Source: a virus. From it: 64,000 nucleotides of DNA. The notes under the pieces were generated by a model. It ran no database searches, was not told the DNA's origin, and worked only from the letters and a program-made list of their open reading frames with translations. The DNA lies in the IMG/VR virus record IMGVR_UViG_3300025030_000054, positions 32,001 through 96,000 of that record; one strand, 5' to 3'. This document shows positions 43,639-51,564 of the stretch, in pieces (within the stretch, counting starts at the first letter, position 1; every line of letters starts with the position of its first letter). Made by a program: the position numbers and the translations under genes.

Positions 43639-46572
43639 ATGTACTATGTCCCGATAAGTTACACAAGAGAATTTGTAGACCTGATGATGTACCTAAAAAC
43701 AAAGTATGGCCAGAAGTTGTTTGATCTGGAAGGTATAGGCAAGCAACTTGATATGTGCAAATTCTCTAAGGATTTTTTCTCAGCTACTACTACGGCAGAT
43801 GCCAGTGTAGACGCAAATGCCAACGTCACAGACACTTCCAATATTGCTTACGGTATTGAACTACCTAAACCTTATTTCAAACTCAATAGCTATTTCATGT
43901 TGTGGAAGCATATGAGAAAACTATATGGCATGGAGGTTGCCAACTCTACTATAGAGCAGCAGCTTACAGGGTCGGTATACGTAAATGATTTTCTTGGAAT
44001 CGCTGCTGGAAGTCCGTACTGCTTTAATTACAGTACCTACGATATCATGCTTCTGGGCCTACCTATGGTGGATAAAATTAAGTCGGTAGCCCCCAAATAC
44101 CTGTATAGTTTCAAAAGCCAACTTGAGCAGTTTGTTGTAATTGCTTCTAACTCTACCCTCGGTGCTGCTGGGCTGGCTGATCTTCTGATTGTAATGAGCT
44201 ACTATGTCAAAAATATTCTAAGTACTAAATCAGATGCTGGATTTTCTTTCAAGGATGAGGCGGCTTGCTGGAACTACGTTAAAGAAACTTTGGTGAGTTT
44301 TATCTACACTATTAACCAGCCAATGCGAGGCAATCAGTCACCGTTTACTAATGTATCTATTTATGACTCAGAGTTTTTGAATTCTCTTTGCCCCCAATAC
44401 GTGTTTCCTGACGGCAGCACTCCAGATATATACTTAGTTCAGCGGATTCAGGAACTCTTCTTGGATGTTATGAACTCAGAAATGAAACGCACTCCTGTGA
44501 CTTTCCCAATTACCACAGCTTGCTTCTCTGTAAATGACGATAAGAAAATTACGGACGAAGCATTCATTGAGTTCATCGCTGAAAAGAACACAGAGTTTGG
44601 CTTTATCAATATGTACATAGGTAAGAGTTCAACGCTCTCAAGTTGCTGTTTCACTGGCGATCAAAAAGTTCTCGTGAGGGATAGCTATGCGGGTGTGAGG
44701 TTAATGCCTATTGAGAAATACGCCACCACCCCCTTTGAAGAAAAACCTAACGCAACCGTATACCATGATGGGTCTTGGGTTAAAGGCAAAACGGTAAAAA
44801 CTAAATACACCGGCAAACTGTACACTATCAAAACTGCTAATAAAAAAGAAGTCACTGTGACTGCCGACCATATTTTTCCCACACAGAATGGGGATAAGAA
44901 TGCTGCGGATATCACTTTAGATGAAATGTTACTTTTTAATAGTTCTCCACTCACACCAGCTATGAGGGGAACCCAAGAGTTAACCTACGAAGACGGTCTG
45001 TTGATAGGTGCTTACTTAGGAGATGGAAGTATTTATTACAGAAACAATGGGGCATCTGTTGAAGTTACTATGTCGGTAACTGAGGTGAAACTTGAAAGAC
45101 TGCCCTTCTTGAAGTCTTGGAATATTTACCCTAGCAAAAATAATGTGGTATTTGCTAAGAGCTATTCTTTAGAAACAGCAGCTAAGATTGAAGAGTGGGT
45201 TACTGTGGGTAGAGCGCCAGATAAGCGTTTGTCTATGCAGGTACTAGACCAACCTTACGAGTTTAGAGAAGGAATTTTAGACGGACTTTACGCCACTGAC
45301 GGAGGCAATAGCAACCGAATTTATACCACATCAGAAGGTCTGGCAGAGGACTTGGAAGTCCTTCTTACCAGCCTCGGAAGACAGAGTATAATGGACGTGT
45401 CTGACAGGACTGACGAGCCTGTAGTGATTAGGGGAGAAGAGTTCAACAGAAACTACCCGCTACATTGTGTGAGATGGTACGCCCCTAAAAATTCAAGAAA
45501 ACAGGAAGGTATATATCTTAAGAGAAATGGTAATACCTATTTCAAGGCAACTGAGATAGCCGTGAGGGAGGTTGTTGAAGAAGAAGTTTACTGCTTTGAG
45601 GTTCTAAATACAGATGAGCCGTATTTCACGCTACCTAATGGAATTATAACCCACAATTGTCGCCTCAGAAGTGATACAGATAACGAGTACTTCAATAGTT
45701 TTGGTTCTGGTAGCTCTAAGATTGGCTCATTGGGTGTTACTACAATTAATCTTCCGAGGCTTGCTTTTAAAACAGCAGGGCTATCAAAAGATACTGCCGA
45801 ACGAGAAGCCTATTTCTGGAGTGAGCTTAAAGAGTTGGTAGGCATTGCCGCTAGAGTCAACCACACTAAGCGAGATATCGTAAAGAGCAGAATTGACAGT
45901 AATAATCTGCCGCTGTACTCTTTAGGTTTTATGGACCTATCTAAACAATACTCAACGCTAGGGGTAAACGGTCTTAATGAGTGCCTAGAAATTTTAGGGC
46001 TTAACATTTTGGCGAGTGATGGGCAAGAATTTGTTGTTCGAATACTCGAAACCATAAACTCTGAAAATGATAAATTCCAAAAGGCTTACAAAACTCCCCA
46101 TAACTGCGAGCAAATTCCAGGAGAAAATGTCTCTATTAAACTTGCAGATAAAGATAGGTTTATGGGGTATAACGATAGGTACGAACTTTATAGCAATCAG
46201 TTTATACCCCTCACAACTAAAGCTGACCTGCTAGACCGTATTCATCTTCAAGGTTTGTTTGACAGTCATTTTTCGGGTGGCGCTATTTGTCACTTGAATA
46301 TTGAAGAGAAGGTAGAAGATACTAAGAAAGTAGTAGAACTTATCAAGATGTGTGCAGAGAAGGGTGTAATTTATTTTGCCTTAAACTACAATCTGCAACG
46401 TTGTTCTGAAGGCCACATGTCTGTAGGTAAGAAGGAAACTTGTGGGGTATGTGGCGGGGAAGTGATAGATAACTATACAAGGGTTGTTGGGTTCCTGACC
46501 AATGTAAAGAACTGGCATAAGGTAAGACGCGAGCAAGATTATCCTGAAAGACAGTTTTATAAAGAGGCTTAG
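43639..46572 (+). CDS. nrdD: Anaerobic (class III) ribonucleotide reductase large subunit, intein-containing
   Basis: PYC, QSPFTN, SSC|CRL, TINLPR, EQIPGE, glycyl loop TRVVGFL, Zn site C..H..CGVCG. Confidence 0.95.
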   Translation: MYYVPISYTREFVDLMMYLKTKYGQKLFDLEGIGKQLDMCKFSKDFFSATTTADASVDANANVTDTSNIAYGIELPKPYFKLNSYFMLWKHMRKLYGMEVANSTIEQQLTGSVYVNDFLGIAAGSPYCFNYSTYDIMLLGLPMVDKIKSVAPKYLYSFKSQLEQFVVIASNSTLGAAGLADLLIVMSYYVKNILSTKSDAGFSFKDEAACWNYVKETLVSFIYTINQPMRGNQSPFTNVSIYDSEFLNSLCPQYVFPDGSTPDIYLVQRIQELFLDVMNSEMKRTPVTFPITTACFSVNDDKKITDEAFIEFIAEKNTEFGFINMYIGKSSTLSSCCFTGDQKVLVRDSYAGVRLMPIEKYATTPFEEKPNATVYHDGSWVKGKTVKTKYTGKLYTIKTANKKEVTVTADHIFPTQNGDKNAADITLDEMLLFNSSPLTPAMRGTQELTYEDGLLIGAYLGDGSIYYRNNGASVEVTMSVTEVKLERLPFLKSWNIYPSKNNVVFAKSYSLETAAKIEEWVTVGRAPDKRLSMQVLDQPYEFREGILDGLYATDGGNSNRIYTTSEGLAEDLEVLLTSLGRQSIMDVSDRTDEPVVIRGEEFNRNYPLHCVRWYAPKNSRKQEGIYLKRNGNTYFKATEIAVREVVEEEVYCFEVLNTDEPYFTLPNGIITHNCRLRSDTDNEYFNSFGSGSSKIGSLGVTTINLPRLAFKTAGLSKDTAEREAYFWSELKELVGIAARVNHTKRDIVKSRIDSNNLPLYSLGFMDLSKQYSTLGVNGLNECLEILGLNILASDGQEFVVRILETINSENDKFQKAYKTPHNCEQIPGENVSIKLADKDRFMGYNDRYELYSNQFIPLTTKADLLDRIHLQGLFDSHFSGGAICHLNIEEKVEDTKKVVELIKMCAEKGVIYFALNYNLQRCSEGHMSVGKKETCGVCGGEVIDNYTRVVGFLTNVKNWHKVRREQDYPERQFYKEA
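44647..45657 (+). mobile_element. Intein (337 aa) with LAGLIDADG homing endonuclease
   Basis: Starts CFTGDQKV, block B TADH, LIGAYLGDG and LDGLYATDG, ends ITHN followed by Cys. Confidence 0.93.
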
Positions 46573-46579
46573 AGTATAA

Positions 46580-47038
46580 GTGAGATTCTTAACTACACAG
46601 TATACTCTTTCTAAAGGTGCATTAGAAATTTACTTTTCAGGTTGTAAAGGACCGCATTGTAGGGGTTGCCATAACCCCGAAACTCAGTCTTTTAGTTTAG
46701 GTACAGAAGTAGGTGCTAAAGAACTATCTAGCATTATTAAGGCTAAGGTGCAGTCTTTTGGTACGCTTATAGAAAGTATAATGATCTTAGGGGGCGAGCC
46801 TCTAGACCAACCACAGAAAGAACTAGAAGAGTTTATTCAAGCACTGTCAGATCTTAACCTACCTATCTGGCTGTTTACTAGGTATGAACTTTCACAAGTA
46901 CCTTTTAGTTTGCGTATAAAGTTCAGTTATATTAAGACTGGAAGGTACCTCGAAGAGTTCAAGGGCGAAAAGACTCAGTACGGCATTACGTTAGCAACTA
47001 GCAATCAAAAAATTCATAAAAGAGGTTTAGACTACTAA
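46580..47038 (+). CDS. nrdG: Class III RNR activase (radical SAM)
   Basis: FSGCKGPHCRGCHN, LGGEPL, KTGRY, SNQ. Confidence 0.93.
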   Translation: MRFLTTQYTLSKGALEIYFSGCKGPHCRGCHNPETQSFSLGTEVGAKELSSIIKAKVQSFGTLIESIMILGGEPLDQPQKELEEFIQALSDLNLPIWLFTRYELSQVPFSLRIKFSYIKTGRYLEEFKGEKTQYGITLATSNQKIHKRGLDY

Positions 47039-47043
47039 CAAAC

Positions 47044-47077
47044 AAAAGCCCCTACAAACTATCTTGTAGGGGCTTTT
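47044..47077. terminator. Bidirectional Rho-independent terminator at arm convergence
   Basis: AAAAGCCCCTACAA-actatc-TTGTAGGGGCTTTT. Confidence 0.9.
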
Positions 47078-47100
47078 CTCATTCATCCGAAAAATCATCT

Positions 47101-47120
47101 AAATAGGTAATTACCTAAAT
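47101..47120. promoter_or_regulatory. Palindromic operator-like site
   Basis: AAATAGGTAATTACCTAAAT between convergent genes. Confidence 0.8.
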
Positions 47121-47142
47121 CATCGTAAAGTCATTAACCCAC

Positions 47143-47721
47143 CTAAAACTTCCTACCAACAAACTTGTTGTAGTAGCTAATAGAGTGATCGCCAACATCC
47201 ACCAACTCCTCACCACTATCCCCGTCTGCAATACCTACCCCTTCACATTTATGTTCAAAAAGAAATTTAGGTATCATCGCCACCGGATCGTCCTTCATGA
47301 AAATTCTAACATGATCTACAGAGGACTCGAAAGACCAGTATTTAAAGTACACTCTAGGCGACCCGAAGGTAATGCAACCAACTCCTAATTTCTCAGCGAA
47401 TAAAGTAGCAACAGCACCTCCCAAAGAATGACCTGTAAAAATTATCTTCCGGTTATCTCCCAGCTCCTTTAGAATCTTAGGGCTAAGTTTATTAAAAGCT
47501 CTGACGAAGCCCCACGTACTAAAGAAACTTCCAAACTTCCAAGGGATAACGTTAATGTCCCTAGCAGCATTTCTAGCATTTGAGGTTCCTCTTATAGATA
47601 CTAAAGTTAAGTCTGCTAAGTGTGTGATGGAATAGCCTAAGTCTTTAACCTCTGTGCAGTTATCATAGACCTCTTCAGATAGTTTGCCGCACAGTTTTAT
47701 TAGTTCGTTTGTAATTGGCAT
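47143..47721 (-). CDS. Class 3 lipase / alpha-beta hydrolase
   Basis: IRGT, TGHSLGGAVA nucleophile elbow, TFGSPRV, DPV..IP, DHSI..Y. Confidence 0.9.
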   Translation of the reverse strand: MPITNELIKLCGKLSEEVYDNCTEVKDLGYSITHLADLTLVSIRGTSNARNAARDINVIPWKFGSFFSTWGFVRAFNKLSPKILKELGDNRKIIFTGHSLGGAVATLFAEKLGVGCITFGSPRVYFKYWSFESSVDHVRIFMKDDPVAMIPKFLFEHKCEGVGIADGDSGEELVDVGDHSISYYNKFVGRKF

Positions 47722-47767
47722 GGTGGGTACCTTTAAAATTATTTTTTACTAATAGTGCATTTTTTAC

Positions 47768-47796
47768 TTGACTTTTTGCCGAAAATGTGCTATAAT
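47768..47796 (+). promoter_or_regulatory. sigma70 promoter facing a non-coding region, antisense to late genes
   Basis: TTGACT-17-TATAAT with TG extended -10. Confidence 0.75.
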
Positions 47797-48109
47797 AAAA
47801 CCATGTTGACTTGAAAGGTTAACAAGAAAGATTTTTATCTTTCTAAGTAATTTAAATATTACTAAACAGAAAAACTAATTACTACTTAGTATCTCAACGA
47901 AGCGTAGCGGAGTTGAGCAACAAATTAAACCTTCTAAGTCTTAAACAAGTTGTTAGCTAAGTTATCTAAAGGCAAATTCTATACCTAAAATCTAACAGCC
48001 TTCAGGCTTACTTGAAAGTAGACTTTGCTTTGTTCAGTCGCACAAGTGCTCCTGAACTTATTATAGAAATAGTAAATATTTGAAAGGCTACTACAGGTTA
48101 GTAACTATA

Positions 48110-48199
48110 CTTCAGAAGGCTTTCCATACTACTTGTCTCAGACCTTCAGAAGACTTTCCATACTACTTGCCTCAGACCTTCAGAAGACTTTCCATACTA
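48110..48199. repeat. 34-bp tandem repeat, ~2.6 copies
   Basis: CTTCAGAAG(G/A)CTTTCCATACTACTTG(T/C)CTCAGAC starting at 48110, 48144, 48178. Confidence 0.9.
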
Positions 48200-48220
48200 T
48201 CTCCCGTCCCGCCCAAATAA

Positions 48221-48646
48221 TCACTCAACCTTCAGCTTCCCAGCTCGCCACAATTCCCTCTGGCGCCGCCAACTCGGGTCCTCAATATGCGGTAAATCCA
48301 AGAAGCTCTTAAAATAGAACCCAGCAGTCAGACCTAACTTAACTGCTATATCAGCCATTATTTTAAACAGTTTTTTATTTGCAGACCAGTCGAAGTTTTT
48401 ACCGTCCGCTGTCAAAGGCCATAGATCAACAGCTAGTCCGTAGTTATGAGCGGAACTTCCCGGAGGCGCGTTACTAACTACTTTTCCTGGAGTCGTCCTG
48501 CCTTGGGCGTAGATAGCTTTCTGATGTGCCATTGTTCGTCGCCCATCACTAATTCCCCACTTCCTTCCAGTAGCCTTCTCAGTCTGCTTTATAAGTTCCT
48601 CTACCTTTGCCTTAAATGCTGGTTCAAGGGTATCTATCTTCCTCAT
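48221..48646 (-). CDS. Endolysin, M15 (L-Ala-D-Glu peptidase) family
   Basis: R....Q..Y.QGR, SAHNYGLAVD, DLPHIE; start MRKID after GGAG. Confidence 0.9.
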   Translation of the reverse strand: MRKIDTLEPAFKAKVEELIKQTEKATGRKWGISDGRRTMAHQKAIYAQGRTTPGKVVSNAPPGSSAHNYGLAVDLWPLTADGKNFDWSANKKLFKIMADIAVKLGLTAGFYFKSFLDLPHIEDPSWRRQRELWRAGKLKVE

Positions 48647-48656
48647 TTTAAATCTC

Positions 48657-50321
48657 CTAAAATAATCCCAACTCTTTATAATCGCCCCAGTACTCTTCCA
48701 CGCTAACATAGTTCTTGCTATAAAGGTCGCAGTGGTTTGTAAAGTTCTTTCCGTGGTTAATATGAACACTAGAATTAATACAATGCCAAGGGTTTCTCAC
48801 TAAATCAGGCTCAAGCATTACCTGACCTCTTAGCAAAGCCTCTTTAACTTTACTCTCAAAATGACCTATAGCATCACTAAAAAGCATGGTCATCTGGTGC
48901 AAAGGAATAGAGTCATGCACATGCTCATAGCTCTGAAAGCCCTCAGAACATACTCCTTTTAAGTTAGTATTATAAATCACCCCACTATCAAAGTTAGGGT
49001 AATCGAAGTAGCCCTCTGGATAAAGTACGTCATGTTCTAAGAAACTCACATATTTGTAAGACCCAGTGGCTTCCGCTCGGTAAAGTAACTGAAGGATCTG
49101 CAAAGTAATGTTTAGATGGTTGCTACTCTGGGTCTGCGCTATGAGTTCTGGGAAAGGATTATTTTCAATAGTTTTCCAAGTGCTTGTTAAAATGTCTGCC
49201 TTGCCCTTAGATATCCTCTCCAAATTACCTAAAACATTACTCACAACACTATCGTCATTATTATTTGTATAGAATATTCCAAGCCTGTTACAAGTGCCTT
49301 CTGGGATAATTAGATAGTCATTTTCAGGGATTACTTTAGAGTACTCAACGTCATCCAGTTTGTACTTAACCACTAGGTGCTTTAGTATGCCTTCTTGGGG
49401 GTCCCACCCGGCTAGGCTATTATTCACGCAAACATTAAGGCCACTACCTCTAACCAACCGCCTAAGATTAGCTGTTACGTTAGCCCCACCGTATGATGCT
49501 TCTATAATCTCTAATTTCACAGTCTTATCCTTTGCAGCGGTTATTTGAGCAGCTATTGAGTTAACCCTATCAGCACCAAAATGTTCTTCGATAGGCTTTA
49601 AATCAAGTCCGAGTTCGTTGAAACCTATGATATAATTCCTAATCCTATCGTCGTAAATCATAGGGTAAGGTATATCTCCCATACCAGTTTTGAAGAGATG
49701 CACCCAAGACAGGAATGGAAGGCAGATAGTTTTATGCCCTGCCTTTCTATACTTACTGTGAATGTAACCCTCTTCCCCACCAAAGCCTGCAAAGTCTGGG
49801 TTAAATCCTAGCCAAGCATCTTTCCTACAAGCAAATAGACCAAGACCCTGCATAGGAATTTCGTAGGGTTCTGAGTTAGGGTCTATTGAAGCAGCTCGCC
49901 AAGTCCCCCACATACCACTTGCCCACTCATCGTTGAAAGCGTCTGCATAATTAACTAGATCGTCGTATCTCAACGGACCTTGCAGAAGATCTTTACAGTC
50001 AGGATTTTTAGAAGTCCAATCTTTAAAGCTAGCCATAGCACCTTCTGTAAGTAAAACATGGGTATCAATGCACATAACCCAGTCACCTAGAGCCTCTCTA
50101 AATACAAGGTCTCTAGGTGCCGAAGTTCCTGTTTTTTCTGTGTAAAGAATGTAGCGAGTTCCGTAGGTACCGTCTATAAAACTTTTTAGACGCTTATCAC
50201 CATAGTTGTCTATCACTAAAATCTCAGTGTCTGTCATATCTTGGTACATTAAGAGAGATTGGACAGTGAACCAAACTTCAGTAAAATTATTATAACTCGC
50301 CATTCCTATAGTTAGTTTCAT
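48657..50321 (-). CDS. Multi-domain glycosyltransferase (GT-A/GT2 + lectin-like beta domain + second GT-A-like domain)
   Basis: LTIGMASYN, EILVIDN, R...A.GDWVMCIDTH, FGGEEG, H; IIEASYG..DP..G..KHLVVKY; YVSFLEHDVLYP. Confidence 0.85.
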   Translation of the reverse strand: MKLTIGMASYNNFTEVWFTVQSLLMYQDMTDTEILVIDNYGDKRLKSFIDGTYGTRYILYTEKTGTSAPRDLVFREALGDWVMCIDTHVLLTEGAMASFKDWTSKNPDCKDLLQGPLRYDDLVNYADAFNDEWASGMWGTWRAASIDPNSEPYEIPMQGLGLFACRKDAWLGFNPDFAGFGGEEGYIHSKYRKAGHKTICLPFLSWVHLFKTGMGDIPYPMIYDDRIRNYIIGFNELGLDLKPIEEHFGADRVNSIAAQITAAKDKTVKLEIIEASYGGANVTANLRRLVRGSGLNVCVNNSLAGWDPQEGILKHLVVKYKLDDVEYSKVIPENDYLIIPEGTCNRLGIFYTNNNDDSVVSNVLGNLERISKGKADILTSTWKTIENNPFPELIAQTQSSNHLNITLQILQLLYRAEATGSYKYVSFLEHDVLYPEGYFDYPNFDSGVIYNTNLKGVCSEGFQSYEHVHDSIPLHQMTMLFSDAIGHFESKVKEALLRGQVMLEPDLVRNPWHCINSSVHINHGKNFTNHCDLYSKNYVSVEEYWGDYKELGLF

Positions 50322-51556
50322 ATTAGACTCTTAGTTCCCACGCTTGTTTTAATTCTAACTGCTCCCTCATTTGAATACAACGCAAATGATAGAATACCGT
50401 TAGATGTTTTAATTCTTAAAGGCCCGTTTTGAGATGTTTGAACAGGCACTTTAGTTGACCCTGCGAGTAATGTTATAAATGGTATGAAAGGTGCTGCTGT
50501 AGTGGTTGTAGTTGGATTACTTGTTGTCGTAGCTTGTATAGTTGTAGTTGTCGGTTGAACTGTTGTAGTAGCCGCCAAAGTTGTTGTAGGAACTAAGGTA
50601 GTTGTGGTAGTTGGAGCTACGGTTGTTGTAGGGGCAGCTGTTGTGGTAGCCAGCGTAATCACCACCGTATCGCTCACCCCTGCGCTCACATTCCCCGCCG
50701 CGTCCTTGGCCCACGCCCAGAGCGTCTTGATCCCTGCTTCCGCAAACGTGTGCGTCTCAGGTGCCGTCGCGCTCCATCCTGAGTCTCCTGCAAGCGGTGG
50801 GGTTGCTGACTCGGTGAGCTTGTAACCTGTTACTGCTACATCGTCCGTTGCGAGTAGAGATGTGATCGGGACGGTGAGGGTGGTTGAGGTTGCGGGGATA
50901 GTGAAGTAGGTAACGGCCGGGAAAACTATCGCACCATCTGCCGCCAAAAACGGTGTGAGTGCAGACATGATGCCAGTGACCAAAACATCCTTCGCCGCCG
51001 CGTTGACATGTACGCCGTCAACCAGATAATCAGCTTTCCAGTTGGCGTTGACGGTCATCGCCGTCTGCCAATTGACAAACGGCAGACCCCATTCTGTCGC
51101 CAGAGATTGCAGCCTATTGCGTAGCGGATCGGTATCGGTCAGATTTCTGTGGTAGGTGAAGCCATCTGTTGATTCCGCATGTGCGGGCGCAGCCACAAGC
51201 AACATGAGGGGATAGCTTGCCATCCCGTCCAAGAGTGCGCGATAATCCCTCACCCTCTGTTCGTAGGCGTCAGGGTTATAGCGTGTCGGATTTCCAGAGA
51301 TAAAGTTGTAGTATCCGTCATTGGTCCCGCCGTGAAGGAACACAACCAAGTCAGGCGCAAACGGTGTTACTTGAGTCGAGAAGTTGTTCAGCGCATCGTA
51401 AGAAGTAGACCCCCCAACCCCACTGTTGGTAATAGTGTATGTTGCTGCCGGATATGAATCATTGAGCGCGGCCTGTAGCTTAGCCGCTAAATCCCCAAAG
51501 GTTGCGTCGTTGTATTCGGTGTTGCTGTCGCCTACTAGGGTTATTTTGGTTGTCAT
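50318..51556 (-). CDS. SGNH/GDSL esterase + Ig-like domain + mucin-like Thr/Pro linker (probable virion accessory protein)
   Basis: GDSNT, NSGVGG, GGTND, DGVH; AWAKDAAGNVS; TTTAAPTTTVAP repeats. Confidence 0.85.
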   Translation of the reverse strand: MTTKITLVGDSNTEYNDATFGDLAAKLQAALNDSYPAATYTITNSGVGGSTSYDALNNFSTQVTPFAPDLVVFLHGGTNDGYYNFISGNPTRYNPDAYEQRVRDYRALLDGMASYPLMLLVAAPAHAESTDGFTYHRNLTDTDPLRNRLQSLATEWGLPFVNWQTAMTVNANWKADYLVDGVHVNAAAKDVLVTGIMSALTPFLAADGAIVFPAVTYFTIPATSTTLTVPITSLLATDDVAVTGYKLTESATPPLAGDSGWSATAPETHTFAEAGIKTLWAWAKDAAGNVSAGVSDTVVITLATTTAAPTTTVAPTTTTTLVPTTTLAATTTVQPTTTTIQATTTSNPTTTTTAAPFIPFITLLAGSTKVPVQTSQNGPLRIKTSNGILSFALYSNEGAVRIKTSVGTKSLI

Positions 51557-51564
51557 TTTGTCCC

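Noticed and set aside
424-46055. Numerous short minus-strand and nested ORFs in the ORF track (e.g. 2058, 4449, 16822, 19062, 19478, 25992, 42310)
   Set aside because: They overlap well-supported genes and lack an RBS or recognisable motifs
48110-48199. 34-bp repeats as a mini CRISPR array
   Set aside because: Copies are head-to-tail with no unique spacers; no cas genes in the window
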